From assembly GCA_965644295.1 (NCBI GenBank), contig CBFFRP010000125.1, positions 62,001 to 126,000 of the forward strand: a DNA stretch of 64,000 nt, given 5' to 3'. Origin of the DNA: Paraphysomonas bandaiensis. Taxonomy: Eukaryota > Protista > Chrysophyceae. A program made the position numbers and the translations under genes. How positions within the stretch are numbered: position 1 is the stretch's first letter; each line of letters begins with the position of its first letter. The notes beneath the pieces were generated by a model. It was not told the origin of the DNA, searched no databases, and saw only the letters and a program-made list of their open reading frames with translations. Positions 26,701 through 41,700 of the stretch are shown here, piece by piece.

Positions 26701-29700
26701 AGCATCGTCATAATAGCCAGTTAAAATCATCCCCTTCAATAAATCTAAGAGTGAAAATGCCCTTGACACCTCCGGAGCCATATCATCATCGTAGTGTAAA
26801 ATATCATGAAGTGTATCGATACGCTCATATCCAGCTAAGTCGTCGCACAAAGACAGCCGGCGACCACTTCCAACAAACTCATTCATAAAGAGCAATAATT
26901 TGTCTTTATCAGTCGGGCCCAACGAACGTGCACCATTGTATGCATGTTCGACAGATATAGTTTCGTCACAAGAAATCATATCAATATTACATACATACAT
27001 ATGAAGCATTAAATCACAAAAAACTTGACTGTAATTTTTAATGTTGGCACAATCACTTCGATGAGGCCATAGCATACATGAGTACAACAGATCGAATGGC
27101 AGATACTCAGAAAATAGTTCACAGGCTTCGATATTTTTGTTTACGACAAGCCAATCCCACAGTCGAAACGAACTGTCCAAAAAGTTTCGAACATTAGTTC
27201 TCAACTCATAGCGATAAAATAACTCTAAACTCAACCACACATGCCCTTGTGTTCCTGTTGTTGCCGATATTTCTAAGCTGTCATTGACAAACCTGAACGA
27301 CAATAATCCGTTCCCTTTTGATTCTACATCACGCTCCCTTCTCTTCGCGTGATTTTGCGAAGACGCATTTCTAAAAAATATTTGTTTTATGATAAACATT
27401 TGGTCTTCTTCCCCACTGCATGACCTAAGGACGTGATTTTCTCGAATATAATCCAGTATGAGATTACTACCGTCAGCCACAGGAATAGAGAGCAGAGTCG
27501 TGACAGCGGGAATAAGGCAACAGTTTTTATATTCCAAAGCATTTCGCATAAAAAAATTATGTATGGACTTAGCATCCGACTGTGTCAATGCCCTCAGACT
27601 ACCGAAAATATAACTCCCTAAACTTTTCCAGCAAGAGCCTGCTAGAGACATCAATGAACGAATAACTGAAAAGTTTAATTCCGTGGAGCTATTCAGAAGC
27701 CGCAAACACACATCGACAAACTTGCGGCTAACTGGAGGTAAAAGAGAAGATATTGCATCATTCTTTGCCCAAAGGCTAATTATAGAGCACACTACAAAAA
27801 AAATCCTTTCCCAAATCGACTGATGTTGGAGAACTAACCATTTGATTTCATTGCTATCATTAAGTTTCATCGCAATGCACTCGAGAGTTTCTCTGACAAG
27901 CAAAACTGAGTCCATGAATCTTTCATCAATGGATTTCACATCTGAACGATTAACGTGAGTTTCAGCTTCCTGTACCATCAGTAACATCGCTTCCGAAATA
28001 CGATTCTGCAAAGCTTTAATGATATTGTGGTCATCGCCTTTCGACGAGGTAACAAGCTTGCAAAGAACCATAGCTGCTCCTTGTTGTAGTGCAATATTAT
28101 CACGTTCTTCATCTGTGATAAGATGACGACAAGTGGGAACTTTAGTTGTCGCAGTATCCACTAAAAACTTCAGTCCAGTTTGCACCAGTTGCTTCCGATT
28201 CGAAGGGTTTCGAGCCAAACTAAACAACGCAGCAGCAGCGTAGAACTTGATGAGTCGGTCAGAAGTACCGAGGCACATAATTAGTGGCTCAAAAACACCA
28301 TCTGAAGCCATTTTTTCCAAATTCTCAGAGTCAAAACATAGTTGCTGAATTATCCATGTACAGTGTCGACACGTGTCAATGTCAATTAGTTTCGACGAAT
28401 TATAAGTCAACTCGCAAACTTTCAACATGCTTTTCCACCATCCATCAGCAACCATGATAGCGGACGCACCTTTGCACTGTACAAACCTCGCCAAGGCAAG
28501 ACAACCCTGCCTTCGAATCGAAGCAGTTGTATTGCTGGCAAGTAAGCACGCCTCGCTAAGCCCAGCGCCTTGTCTATATAAAATATCGGTAGGCGCCGCT
28601 CCATCATTGGTGACAACAACAGTGCTATCCTGATTTATGTCCCTATGCGCGGATTTATTAAGTCTATCGGCATATAATTCAAAAGGCTTAGTGACTGATG
28701 CGATTTGTGCATACGCAATGGCGGCCCAACTCAATACGCTTTCATCTTCACTGTGAAGCATTGATAACAAGTGGTGGAGCCCCCCAGATTTTCGCGAATG
28801 ATTTAACTGAGGTAGCAAATACTGTATGTTACGCATTGTAAAGTCCTCAGAACCTAGAGTCCGAAAGAGTGGTCTAGCATGAAACTTGACTTCAGATTCC
28901 AGCGATGGTGAATCTAAAGAAACCATACCAGGGGACCCTGCGTGGTAACTATACCACACTCTGTCGCCTGGAATAGTTAAACGAGTTTCGGTAACTTTTC
29001 CGCGATGCTCAAAAGCCACATCATAGCCCTTGCAATCTGGACGCTCCTTATAAAAGGTTAGGACCTTTCCACTGTCGATATAGCAATGGGTATCGAAAAT
29101 TATTTCGATCTCGGTAGCCATATAAAAAAATATTCTTTTCATTTCAATATTCTGAGAGCATTGCGGAGAAATAACACTTTCAAACAGAGGATACTCGGCA
29201 ACCAAAGTTACCGAAAATCCTGGAGCGTCGATTGGTGCTTCTTCTGCAACGGCGGCAGGAGAAGCATATACTCTTGACATTGATTCAAACTTAAAATCAA
29301 TTGACAATTTATCCGTGTGATCAAACACAAATGTTCTATTTTTCTTCACAGCATCATCAATATCAGACTGGTGTATTCTGGTATTTGAAGGGTTAATAAT
29401 TATGACATCTTTTATTTCTTGACTGGACTCTTTTTCATGTGTATTAATTCTGCTGCAGACATGAAATGACATAGATATTCCAATAGCATGAGCAAACATT
29501 GCTTCGAAATGCATAGTATTCCCATTATTTGCAATCGCATAGTTCCCATTTGGAAAATTCTCTTCGTCAGTACACTTTACAATCGTGTTAATTAGCACTG
29601 GTTGGTAGTCTTTCATGTTGAAAGATGGCCTATGCCGTGAATAAACAAGACGAAACATCCAGGCAGCAATAAACGATTGAATAATAGAAGTGTCATCTGA

Positions 29701-32700
29701 ATCGAATGTTCGGTCGTGCATCCCAGTTATTAAATCAATAAGAGATCGCATATCAGGAATAATACTTTCGATTGCCACCCATGCCGCCGCACTTACCATT
29801 CCTGAAGTGCTGTCATTCGTTGCCCTGATAAGATCAACTATTGGGGGGCCGTTAATAATACGATCCCGGTAGCCCGAAGGACTCATATAAGTTGTACACT
29901 CAGGAGTATACCGAGCCAATTTTCCTACTGCAGATATTGCAGCAACTTTCGTACGTATATCAGTCGCCACAAGAAGTCGAAGCAATGCGGTGAACGAGTC
30001 GTTTTCGTAAGACGAGGTTTCCTCTGATGCAGAATCAGCCAATGGGAAAACATACAGGAGCAAACTGGTCCGCAACAACTGTTCAGATGATCGACCATTG
30101 AGTTCAACGTAAATGTTGTTTGTATGACCGGAGTAAATTTCACCTTGAAATATGCTTTTATCATTGGCTTCTAGCATAAATTTCGAAGTGCTTTCTGAAT
30201 CTTTTACATGGAGAGAAACATCATCATGCAAGGCGGATTTCTTATCCACCAAAACAGACACACCACAAGAATTATGAAACGACAATATATTATCGTATTT
30301 GTCGCGAACTACGCGGATTGAAGTATTGGGCAGCTCCAACTTTTCGGTACAACCAGTAGCACAATTGCGGGGGCCCCATTCCACAATTAAGTCCGAGGAA
30401 CTGACATGTATAATAACTCCACTGTGCCATTTGGAGGTATCCACAAATTTCATCATGTAATCATTGGTCTTAGTCACAATCATTCCAGTTTCATAGGGTC
30501 CCTCGTAATTTGGTAATGATGCAGCAAAGTCGGTACAAGTAATTCTTTCCAAATCACTTGTTGAATACAACATGGGGAAACTGTCACAGTCCTCAAATAT
30601 CACTTCAAAGCAAGAACCTGCTTTCGCCCATTCGTAATCATCACTAGCTATTTCATCCAACGCTATGGCTACCGCTCTACTGCAAATGACATCGTCAGCA
30701 CGAAGAAGCTGTAATAATGATCGCATTTTCCCACGAGCTACGAGCTCTGCACGAAATTTTTTTTCCATTGATAGAAGCCCAAGCAACTTTAACGTTTCGC
30801 TATCCAATGGAACCCTCTCAACGGTAAGAAGCCCCCGAGAGTCAGATTCGACCACCCAACCTCTATATTCATATGGAGATATCACTCGTAACTTTCGATA
30901 TTTATTGTTTGTCATAATACTTCTATCTACGATAATAATTTCCCCTTGGGGAATCGTTGTTTCTGGCTGTCCTTCGCACCCGTCAAGAGGAATCACGGAA
31001 AGTCCATTAGGCTGTATGACTTTATAACGCGAACTGCACATTAAATCGATAAGAGATTCTGCAGACCCAAAACCACTGCTGAATTCCCTCATAACTTTCT
31101 TGTTGCTCAATATCTGGCGCAAAGCTTTACATGCTGAAATCCTACTTCTTTCACTGCCACTTGATGCCAAAACTATGGAAAAATTGTCAGACAAGACGAA
31201 AAAAAGGGCAATAAAAACCTAAGAGTGGATCAACCCCATTGTCTTCCAAAATATCAATGCAGATTTGATCAGTGTCACCCAGCCCATCAGCTTCTCCGAT
31301 AACAGTTGCAGCGTATCCCCAATCCTCAACTCTCTCATCTGATGTAAATTTCCAATACAACCCACTCCCTTCAAAACGAATCGTGGGCCAATAACCAACG
31401 CCACATCCATGAAATTTCAACTGTCCTTCAGGACCGCATATCGGTATCTTATGATCCTTGTCCACAAAAAACTATAGCAGTATGTAAAAAAATAAATCTC
31501 AATTCTAGTTATGAACACCTCTAAGAAATCTCTATTCAATTGAGTGCTGCATCTCTCGTCAAAGACTATGGTGATTCTGGTAAAATGATCACCAAAAATA
31601 ATTTCACCAGACTCATCTGAAAATACATTACAAACTAACTTGTTAACATCAATGACATACCTGTGTTGGGTGCATAGTAGTGAGGCGATTGAATAAACTT
31701 GGACTCCGTGCAGGTGCGAATATTGTCCAAAGAAAACAAGTTAAAACATTTCACAATCCACAACGACAGATTAGGCAAATTCCTCTTCGGGACACTTAAT
31801 ACATCTGGTCTACTCTGCATAATGGCGACAAACCTTTGAGCAATTTCGACAAATGTATAAGGATCATTAGCCATCGTCTGTAGAATAAAATTACACGCAA
31901 CGTCAAACACACTACTTTATTATCATACCCAAACGGCAAGGGGGAGCTTTTCCCAGGACTGTGGATATTCCGGAATTGGAGAAAAAGGTTGAACCGGGTG
32001 CTTGAAAAACAACATCTCTTCATTACTCACTATTACAAGATCACTGTGTTCTTTCACAAAACTACCCCGAAGAAATTCAGAATCGATAATCTCAGCAGGA
32101 ATATGAAGATTCGCGATGCATGTCTCCGCCCAAAAAAATGCTGGGCCCAGATCTAATCCATCGGACGAAGTTGGCATCAACGCAAGTAAGCGAAACATAA
32201 CATCTAAATGAACCATCACTAATCGACCAACATTTGTGGCAGAAATAGTGGCCAAAGTTTCCAAGTGAGAGACAAATTCCTCGTCTGGAGGCTTCAGATC
32301 ACCATACGCTTCAATTTCATCCATAATGCGCTCCACTATCCTGGCAACACCGTCCACTTTTAGTACAGATTTCAACAGACTCCCACCATTTTCATGAACT
32401 TGAGCAACGGAAAAGAGTATGTTCAAGGTCATATTCTGCATGACTTTGTCAGTACTGTCAGCGTAGCGCCGCAATGAGTCAAAGATGTCGCTCACTTTCA
32501 TCAGACTGCTTCCAACAACAGATAACGCCTTGAGATGAAATGGTCTGCGTATCAAAAACTGTTGAATGTCCTCACTGGAAACAATCTCTTTAGACCAAAT
32601 TAAGTCGGCAATCCAATAATGCGAGTCTGGGTATTTCGATGCACCAAAAGTGCAAGGCATAACTCCTATACCAACTGGGCTGCTGTTACTCACAATTATA

Positions 32701-35700
32701 TCATCCACTGAAACAGCTTTGTCATGAACTCCGTTGATGACATAAGTCACAGTGTTTCTTGGAACATCAACCGTAACGACACAATGCGTCCATCGTTTCG
32801 CCATCAAGCATGCGTTGGAACATATTTTTTTTACTATAATTTCGCCGTTGCTCTTTTTAATTGGAACATCGATGCATAATCGCATCGACGGTTGCAGTGC
32901 ACAAAAAAATCCAGATTCCCCATTAATGGGCAGGAATTCATTTTTACCGTAATTCACATGTGACCATTCTTTTGTGTTCATGTTGTAATACTTCAGACTA
33001 TATGCTAATGATCCATCCATGGTACCATCAGCAAATATTTTGTCCACTGCTGTACATGCTGCTGCATAACCTACAGGAATTGATTGAAATGGTTTCTGAC
33101 CAAGATTTAATACCACAGTTTGCCCGGCACCAATTGTTATAGCGGGGTAAAAACCGCTGTCCCTATACCATGCATTACAATATTATTTCACATAAATTAG
33201 TACCTTACCAACTTGGGCCGTATCTGCCTTCTTTCATTCCTTCGTCGGGATCTGGTCGGTTTCCATGAGCTATCTCAGTAAAAGCCGTGCCCAGAGGAGA
33301 ACCATTCAGTGTAAAAGACATAACTCCACTTTCGAAGTCCAGCAAGGCACCAACAACATCGCTGGCCTTGATCGGGGTTGTCAAGTTTCCATAAGGTTGC
33401 GATCCGTCACCACAAAACAACGAGAACTTCTTCTGGCATCTGCAACTCAGGAGTGAACACAGCTAGTATTGCACATACACGCAACTTACTTGGAAGGAAA
33501 GTAAGAATAACTGCAGTCATCACAACCTACAAATATACTAGTTGATTCATCAACTAAAGATATTTCAGGGAATGATTTCGAAGCCCAACCAATCTGCAAT
33601 TACAGAACTCCCCATCAAACTTACTCAACTACAATCAATCGACACTTACCATGCAGTCGCTTCCATCGGATTCAAAAGTGACTTCATAATAAACTTTTCC
33701 ATTTCTCAGTAAATGGTCATTCAAGTATGTCCTGCTATGTCTTTTGGAATGTAATCTTCCCTCGAAAGGGCCTTTGAAGAAGACGGGAAGTCCATCCCGA
33801 TTAATGTAGCCATTCGGCAATGCCCAAAATGAAACACTAAACGACTCCACAACAGGTTCTTGCTCCTTCAGTCTCTTGCGCTGAGATTTCATACGACTCA
33901 TAGCTGCCTGAGAGAGGCCTCTTGAGCTCATGTTTACTCGCTTCAAAGGGGGGGTCGGTGTGCACGGTGTTGTCGGATAAGCATCGCTGTTGGGCTGTAG
34001 ATGATCATATGATGATGAAACATCCAACCACAGAGCTGGCATACAACCAGTCACTTCCAACGATTTATTGTACAAACTCATAGCACGACCATCAGCAATC
34101 ACTGAGTACGCAACATCGGAAATATCGCATCGAGCTTTTTCGCACAATTTCTGAAGTAAAGTCAGCGCACCTCTCGCTTCGTCTTCACTTTCATTTATCA
34201 TGGAAAACAAACGATTCATACAAGAGTCGTCTGATGATATCGTCCCATAAAAGTCATCAAACGCTTGAGGAATGTCTAAAAAGTCTGTTATTCCGTTTTC
34301 AGTATCGAGAAGTGTATCCAATGAGTGCACAACTTGCAAAGCAGCCTGTTTTAATATTCCAGTCGTCATACTTCTTTTCAGTATCGGTATAGCATCGTCA
34401 ATGAATCTCGCACGCGCATTTTCCTCATGATCTCGAACAGATTCCCGGACAGTCTCAGAATCCAACAGAGACGGAATCAGCTCCAGTACAAGCATGGCTG
34501 AATCAGCGTCATCTGATTGAAGAAAGCACGCCAAAACATCCTCAATTCTACCATTTTCTATTCCCAAATGCGCCCGTAAAAATAACAGTGCAAAGTCCTG
34601 AATTTCTGGGTTGGGATTCGTAAGAAGTCTTATAAAAATAGTTACACATCCATTCTCTTTAATAAATTTGAGAGAAGTTTTACTCGGAGAATTGTTATCA
34701 GTTGAAGATAGAAGCATGTTCAAGGTTGTAATAACTACATCATCTGAGCCTGTTAGTAACAAACTTTCAAACCATTTCAAACCATACTTCTCGACAACAT
34801 CATTTCTTAGCTTAGATGAGCGTGCCACATTGGCCAATACCAAGCCAGCTGCAGAGCATGTTTTGCTTTGAACTAAACTTGTACAAGAGTTAAATAACGC
34901 AGGCGTTGACACCAACTCTCTAACAATATCGTGGGACATAGAGTTTACATTCTTGAAATGCGGTTTTACTTTCATTAAGAAACCCCAATACTTCTTCTTC
35001 ACTTCCTCGGAAGAAAACTTAACATAAACCCTATCCTGGGGAACGGTAACATCGTTCCAGTTTCCGGGGTCTGTATACTTACCACTAAACATTGCCGGCA
35101 TAGGCTTTCGGTGCAACTCACTTTCATACATGACGTACTCTTCGTCCCGCATTTGCTGCGTCAAAAACAGGTGTAAGAGATCGCTGTCACGTTCCGTTTC
35201 ACATCTACTATCAAACGTTATCGATAGTGATTCAGCATGTGGGAATGAAATCGATGCTTCAAGTGTATACTCTTCGCAATAACTACCGTCGACTCGCTCA
35301 GTCTCTAAAACTCTAACAATAGCTTTTCTAGGATCATTGTCACGTGTTAAAATGTATAATAATTCAGCAAAATTTTCACGCAAAGTAGACTGATGCTTTG
35401 ACATTGTAATACTGTCGAGTCCTTCTCGAAAAACACTTCTTCCAATTGTCCGGCACACCCCAACATCATTCATGTCGTGTACAGGCCTCACACCGACTCG
35501 AAATCCCCAATCTTCAGAAGATAGGTCTGTACGAAAGAGTAATATGCATGAGTTAAGATCAAATACAACAGGGCAATCCACATAAGGGAAATTGCTTTCC
35601 TCGCACGACCCAGTAAAACTAATCAGTGAGTAACTCATGCGAGATGTAGTAATGACGTCAAGGAAAGCAGATCCATGTCCTAAACTGGACCTCCTATCAA

Positions 35701-38700
35701 ACGCGAGTTCAATGGCAACAGCTCCCGGAAAGTCGACTTGATATATCTTTTTGGCTAGTTTTCCGTATGGGTGCGTACTCTCATATATTTCTCCACAGTC
35801 GCCGATCCATTCAACAAGATCATCAGTAAATGGAGCAACTACAAGTTTAAAACGCCCTTCATTCAAAGCATCAACAGGATGATCGATATCTAGCCACATG
35901 TTGGGTTTGGATAAAATCACTGGGGGGTATCCATCTATTCCGGGAAAATGCCGCCTTCCGGCAGTACAAGAATAAGCACCTACAAGACGATCATCATCTT
36001 CAGAGCTGGCATATCGCTTGTTGGGCAGCCCGCTATACACCTTGACAACATAAGAAGGATCTTCATTGTCACATCCAGTTTCCTCTTCATGAAAGCAAAG
36101 TTGAAGCATTTGAGTGCCACGAAACCTTACCCTTATACGTCCGTCTTTTCCAGGAAAATCAGTTGAAGAAGACAGAATCTTTGCTCCCTCAATAGATGCC
36201 AGTCGATCAAAGATGGAGCGTCTTTGAAATCCACGTATATTGAGGGGATACGCAACGAAACGCCAACCCCATAAGGAGTCTATATCATTGAATTCAGTGA
36301 TAAACAAATAATAAAATTCGTCAGCAGGAATAATTAATGGGTCATTTATATTAGTCGGAAAATTCGCAGGAGAAATACCTCCTGCACCCTGTTGACCACC
36401 ACCATACCTCCATGTACCGTTCACGACCAACTTTGACATCGACGGAATATCATTGATTGAAGGGTGCCTTTCTCCAGAGAAGGTCGGGCCCATTTCTTCG
36501 TTCCCGTGATCATATCGCATAACGTAGTCTTCATATTTGTCGTGAGACTTCAAGAACAACACTGCATCCTGAAAATCTCGACGATTATTGCCCGTTTCCG
36601 GATACATTCGCGTTTCTGACCTGGGATCGAATACAACAGCGATGGCCGAAGCTCCAGGGAAACTAATCTTATTCATCATGGAGAAAGTTTTTTCGCCACG
36701 ATTTAGTTGACATGGATGTGAAGTTTCAATGACAACATGATCCTTACTTGCGGATATCACGTCGTGCAATGGATCTGGGGGTGGATCTACAGGGAAAACG
36801 GAAAATTCGAAACCCCATTGAGGAGTAGCATTCGCAATTGCAATGTTGTACCATAACGATCTGCGACGTGCTTTGGAAATAAAATCCAACTTCCTATCGT
36901 TCAAACATATCAGTAAAGGGTCCACACCGTTTACCCCAGGGATATTGTCAGGATGTCCAATAGAATAAGATACGGGCGTCTTGTTACGGTTTTGTGACAA
37001 GCTAGGATTATCCAAATAAAACACCAAACGAGACCCCTCTGGAAATCGTGTCTTGGGGTTGAAAGCAACGCAACAGTACTCTGTTGGAGCATCCATAATA
37101 ACTTCATGAACTTCATCTATACCTACACGACATGGGTGTATGCTACCTTTGATCTTTGCGCCTTCCATATTCATATACTCGCCGTATTTTGTAAATGAGG
37201 TATCGACGATTCCATATGCAATCAGTCGATAGCCCCAAAACGTAATATCTTCATCGGCAGTAAATTCAATCCACACTCTGTTGTATGGAAAAATCAAGGG
37301 CGATGAAAATCCGGGACATGATTCTGAATACATTCCACTCAATTTATCAGAAATTTGTGCAGCCAACTTGCCCTTTTCGTCCAGTAGTGCCGGGTTTTGG
37401 GAGTAAAATACCACATAGTCGAAGCATTCCTCCGTAATTGTGGATGGGTCAAATTCAATATGAATACCGCTGTAACCCGGGAAATGTATTTCATGAACGT
37501 TTTCGGTACCCCCCTTATACGGATGACTTGATTCCAACAATATATATTTCTTATCATCATCCACATCAAAACCAGCCTGATTGACAAAATATTGATACAT
37601 GAAATCCATAATTGTTTTTCGATCTGAAAAACTTGTACATAAGCCATCATATAATTCAGGCTTTTCTTTACATTTTTCGAAAAGAAGTGCCATGACATGA
37701 CAATCTTCGAATACTGTCATGTGAAAATCGCCATTTTCAATAACTTTTAAAAGTGTTTTTGATGCCCATCGACTGGTGTCAGGATCTGCGCTATGCAGTA
37801 GATTCATACAAACTTTTACGTGTTCGAGCTTACGAGGACACGCACCATACAGCCCCCTAGCAACTTGTCGCTTATGGTTCACTAAAACACGGGTCCTTGA
37901 CGCCTGAAACTCTCTCTTAGATATAAATAAACCGTCAGAGTCAACAACAGGTCGATACCCATCTGCACTGCTACCGCCATAAACTTTCCAACATATCCGT
38001 TGCCAAGCACTTAAACGACCCAAATGCACAGGCTTTGATTCATGGCGTATTACTTCTAGAAACGAAACCACCCGAAAAGTAGGTGGCGTGTAAAGAAAAT
38101 CCTTCTGTCCAAAGTTAAAACGGAGAGGGTTAGTTGTTTCGCGTCCAATATACACCGCTGGTTGAAACCCACATGCCCACAAATCTGACTCGCCATGTCT
38201 TCTTCCTTCAAAACAGGGACCCTTCATCACGGAATGACCATTGACATATATGTGTATTCGAAAATGAATGAGATCTAAGTGAAAACCAACTACGTCACCC
38301 GGTTTTAGAGGAGGTATTTTTAATTGTACCGTTGATGTGTACCATTTCAACTCTCGCTTACCAAGGTCAAAAATAAAATCGAATTGTGAAACCTCTTCAC
38401 CAAAATGTGACTTTCCCGTCATGCTTGGAGCCAAATAATCCGACTTTAACCTTGTACTTTGAGGAATCGTCAAACCAATGCATACATTGGAAACTGATTC
38501 GCAAACGACCTCAAAAAATAGAGCACTTCGATATTGCGGTGACGGAATGGCAATTGGAATGGCAACAAGGTCAGCACACACACTCTTCGATTCAGTGGAA
38601 GTGTTGCACACATCGAAGAGAGAAAATGGTGTCGCAGATTCGCTTTGCAAAATTTCCAATAATTTTGGAAGACCACGACTAATAAGTTCTTCGCGAATCT

Positions 38701-41700
38701 GTCCTTCTTTAGTGAACATAAGATTGGCCAGTGCACGAGATGCATATAGTTCTGTCATTTCATCCGACGATTGTAGCCCGTTCAAAACTAAATCCAAACA
38801 TGGAGTACCGACAACATTGGCAAGATCAATTACGCTGTGACGAAACAAATCACCGAAACTTGGCATGACATCAAATATATATCCGCAATTTATATCCTTG
38901 ATATCTTCGTTGTTTTGATAAGAACTTGTGTTTAAATCAACTGTCAGTCTACCACCTTTAAGAGAAAAAGATTCCCAAAGTGTTCCCTTTGAAAACACTC
39001 TAGTCGCAGAGGGATCCAAAGGGTCGCCTTGTAGAGTTAGCTCAGTAGATTCAGGTAATGACGAGCCTCCTTGAAATTTTACATTCAGTTCTATTGCCAA
39101 AGGAAAATGCAATTCCCTTCTGTACGAATTGGTTATGAGTGGTAAAGGTGAGATATCCGTGTAGAACACCTCCTTCATCCAACGAGGCTGCGAGGTAAGC
39201 AATGACACCACCGCAATCAGCCACCGCTTTGTTGTAGCAGTTTCACCGCCGTAATGAGCTACATTGGATATAATCTGCTTCAGAATATCCATATTTTTCA
39301 CGATGGAGTAAAGAATCTTATTGGCCGAATGTGTAACCTCACCATCCGACTTCAATGTATCAATCACCTTCAAAAACAGCTGCAACTCCTCACAATTCTC
39401 ACCAATTAAAGAACAAATGAAACTGTAATCATGAGTTGAATACGAAAAAACATGACTGAGTACCGAGAGTAATAGACGAATAAGGCTGACATGTCTATCA
39501 ACTTGAACCTTTGTAGGACGAGATATAACAACTTCATAGCCAGCATTTTGTCCAGACACATCGGAGTGAAAAACTACAACGCACGATTCTGCTGGGATTA
39601 TCAAAGGAGATGCAACGGAAGGTAACTCGTGGGCAGCACTCGTCCCACTATACCTCTTCCGACCCCAAAAATCCCTTCGCATAGAATTTTTGAAAAAGGT
39701 AATATAATCGCCCTCTTTGTTGATTGAGGAATGGGGGTGAAAAACGACCTCAAGGGCATCAGACCCAGGTATTTCTACAATTTCTTGAGTATTCACATTC
39801 GGTGCATACATTGCATTGGGAAACCCATCTGAGGACAAAACCACAGCTTCAGGGCGCGACTTTCGCTCATCGTACGGATTATCTGTAGCTGTTGCATAGC
39901 AGCGCCATCCCCAATTCGACCGCTTACTTGTCGGAGTAAACTTAATCCAGACTCTATCACCAATAACGACCAATGGATTGTCATACGTCGGCCAGCTATT
40001 CTTCCCATAAAACGGACCACTATACGACGCCAGACAAATACTTTCATCTTCATCTTCAAAAAAGCTAAGAACGTCGCTTTTTTCTTCCGTCTGAGTCCGC
40101 CGGTCAAACCATATCTTCATAGCTCTATCCATGTCAATGTGTTCGTTATGTTCGGATTTGACAATACTATGCGAGGCAACAGAAGGTGGCCCGCTACGTT
40201 TGCCATCAATGAAAGAATGCGCTGTTGACCTGGATTCACCGAATGCGGATTTATTATCATCTAGCCATTCTTCCGCCACTTCACTATGTAGATTATCTCC
40301 TGTGCGGGGGAGTATAAATAACTTTTTATACGAAGGACCATAAGAATAAGGATGTTCACTCTCCATAACAGTTTCATATGAAGTTTCTCCAAATGATGAT
40401 TGGGTGCGCAGCAAACTATTGTCATCGTATTGTGATAGCGATATCCTGTCTAGGCATCGTGACACAACATGGCGCAAGTACACTGGCATCATCAATCCAT
40501 TATCCAGTTTTCCTTCTTTCAGCTCTGATGAGGCCTTGCTATCAGAACATAGGAAATTGAGCGCAGACAACATGTCATACGCGTATTCAAAAGAGCGGGT
40601 ACTCTCATCATCTCCATCATCTATATTATCCGTGGGAAGGGTAAGCATAAGGTCAATATCAATCTTGCTAAATTCGGCCATGAGTGCTTGTACTACAGCT
40701 ACGCCGCTCTGGTAGCATAAAGTCGATCCAATAAGTTGCAATGGAAGCTTTTCTGATGCGCGCTCCATGCTCTCAACAGAAAGGGGTCGGTCATAGAATA
40801 CGAGGTGCTCAACCTCACCAGTCATGGTATCTTCCAGCCCAGGGACAATGACATCTACTCTACCCAAGTACCAAGGGCAGGAGAGAGCACCGAGAAGATA
40901 GTTAAAGCCTTTCCAGGTCGACTCGGTGTAATCCTTCCAGAACGACTCTGTGTGATTCCGGTCGTCGATATGAATACTGACTCGCCCTCCATCTTCACTC
41001 GAGAACCGAATAGCGATAAAATTCCAATGACCGCATTCAATTTTCCCTTTGCTTCGCACACTGTACTTGTTCGAACGTTGAGCCTTTCCTATAGAGCCCG
41101 TAGCTTCTTTTAAACTAACCTCCACTTGCAGTTTTTTCGTTATTCTAACACTCAAATGGGGTTTATCCCTATCTCCTCCGAAAAATAGAAGGGTACCACT
41201 ATCCGATGTGCTAGGATTCAGATCACTACTCACACGGCGTTGTATTGAAGCCCAAAACGTAATCGTCAGTCCACCGTTAAAACAACTACTTATATCGGGG
41301 TGAACCAACCCCTTTACAACATTCATTTTATCAAATAAGTCAACATTTCCTAAACAGTACTGTTGGCGAATGGCACCATCAAGCTGAACAAGGTCACTCT
41401 CCCAGCTTGGAAGTGGAATACCTGCTTCTTTATATTCCATTTCTTTTGTTGATAACTCTGCACAGTCAATTTTGCAACTGTCCGCGCTATACTTCATCCT
41501 AATTTTCTCTGCCAATTCGCATTGCTTCTCCAGGTACATTAACTGTTTCTTTCCATTCATGGATTCCTTATTTTCTTCAAGAAGAATACCAATAAACTGC
41601 AACACTAAACACCTTACACCATGCCGTGGATGTTTCAGTAATCGAAACACATCGCCCAAATCTTCCGGAAGAATATTTAAACCCACTAGATTATCAGGAT

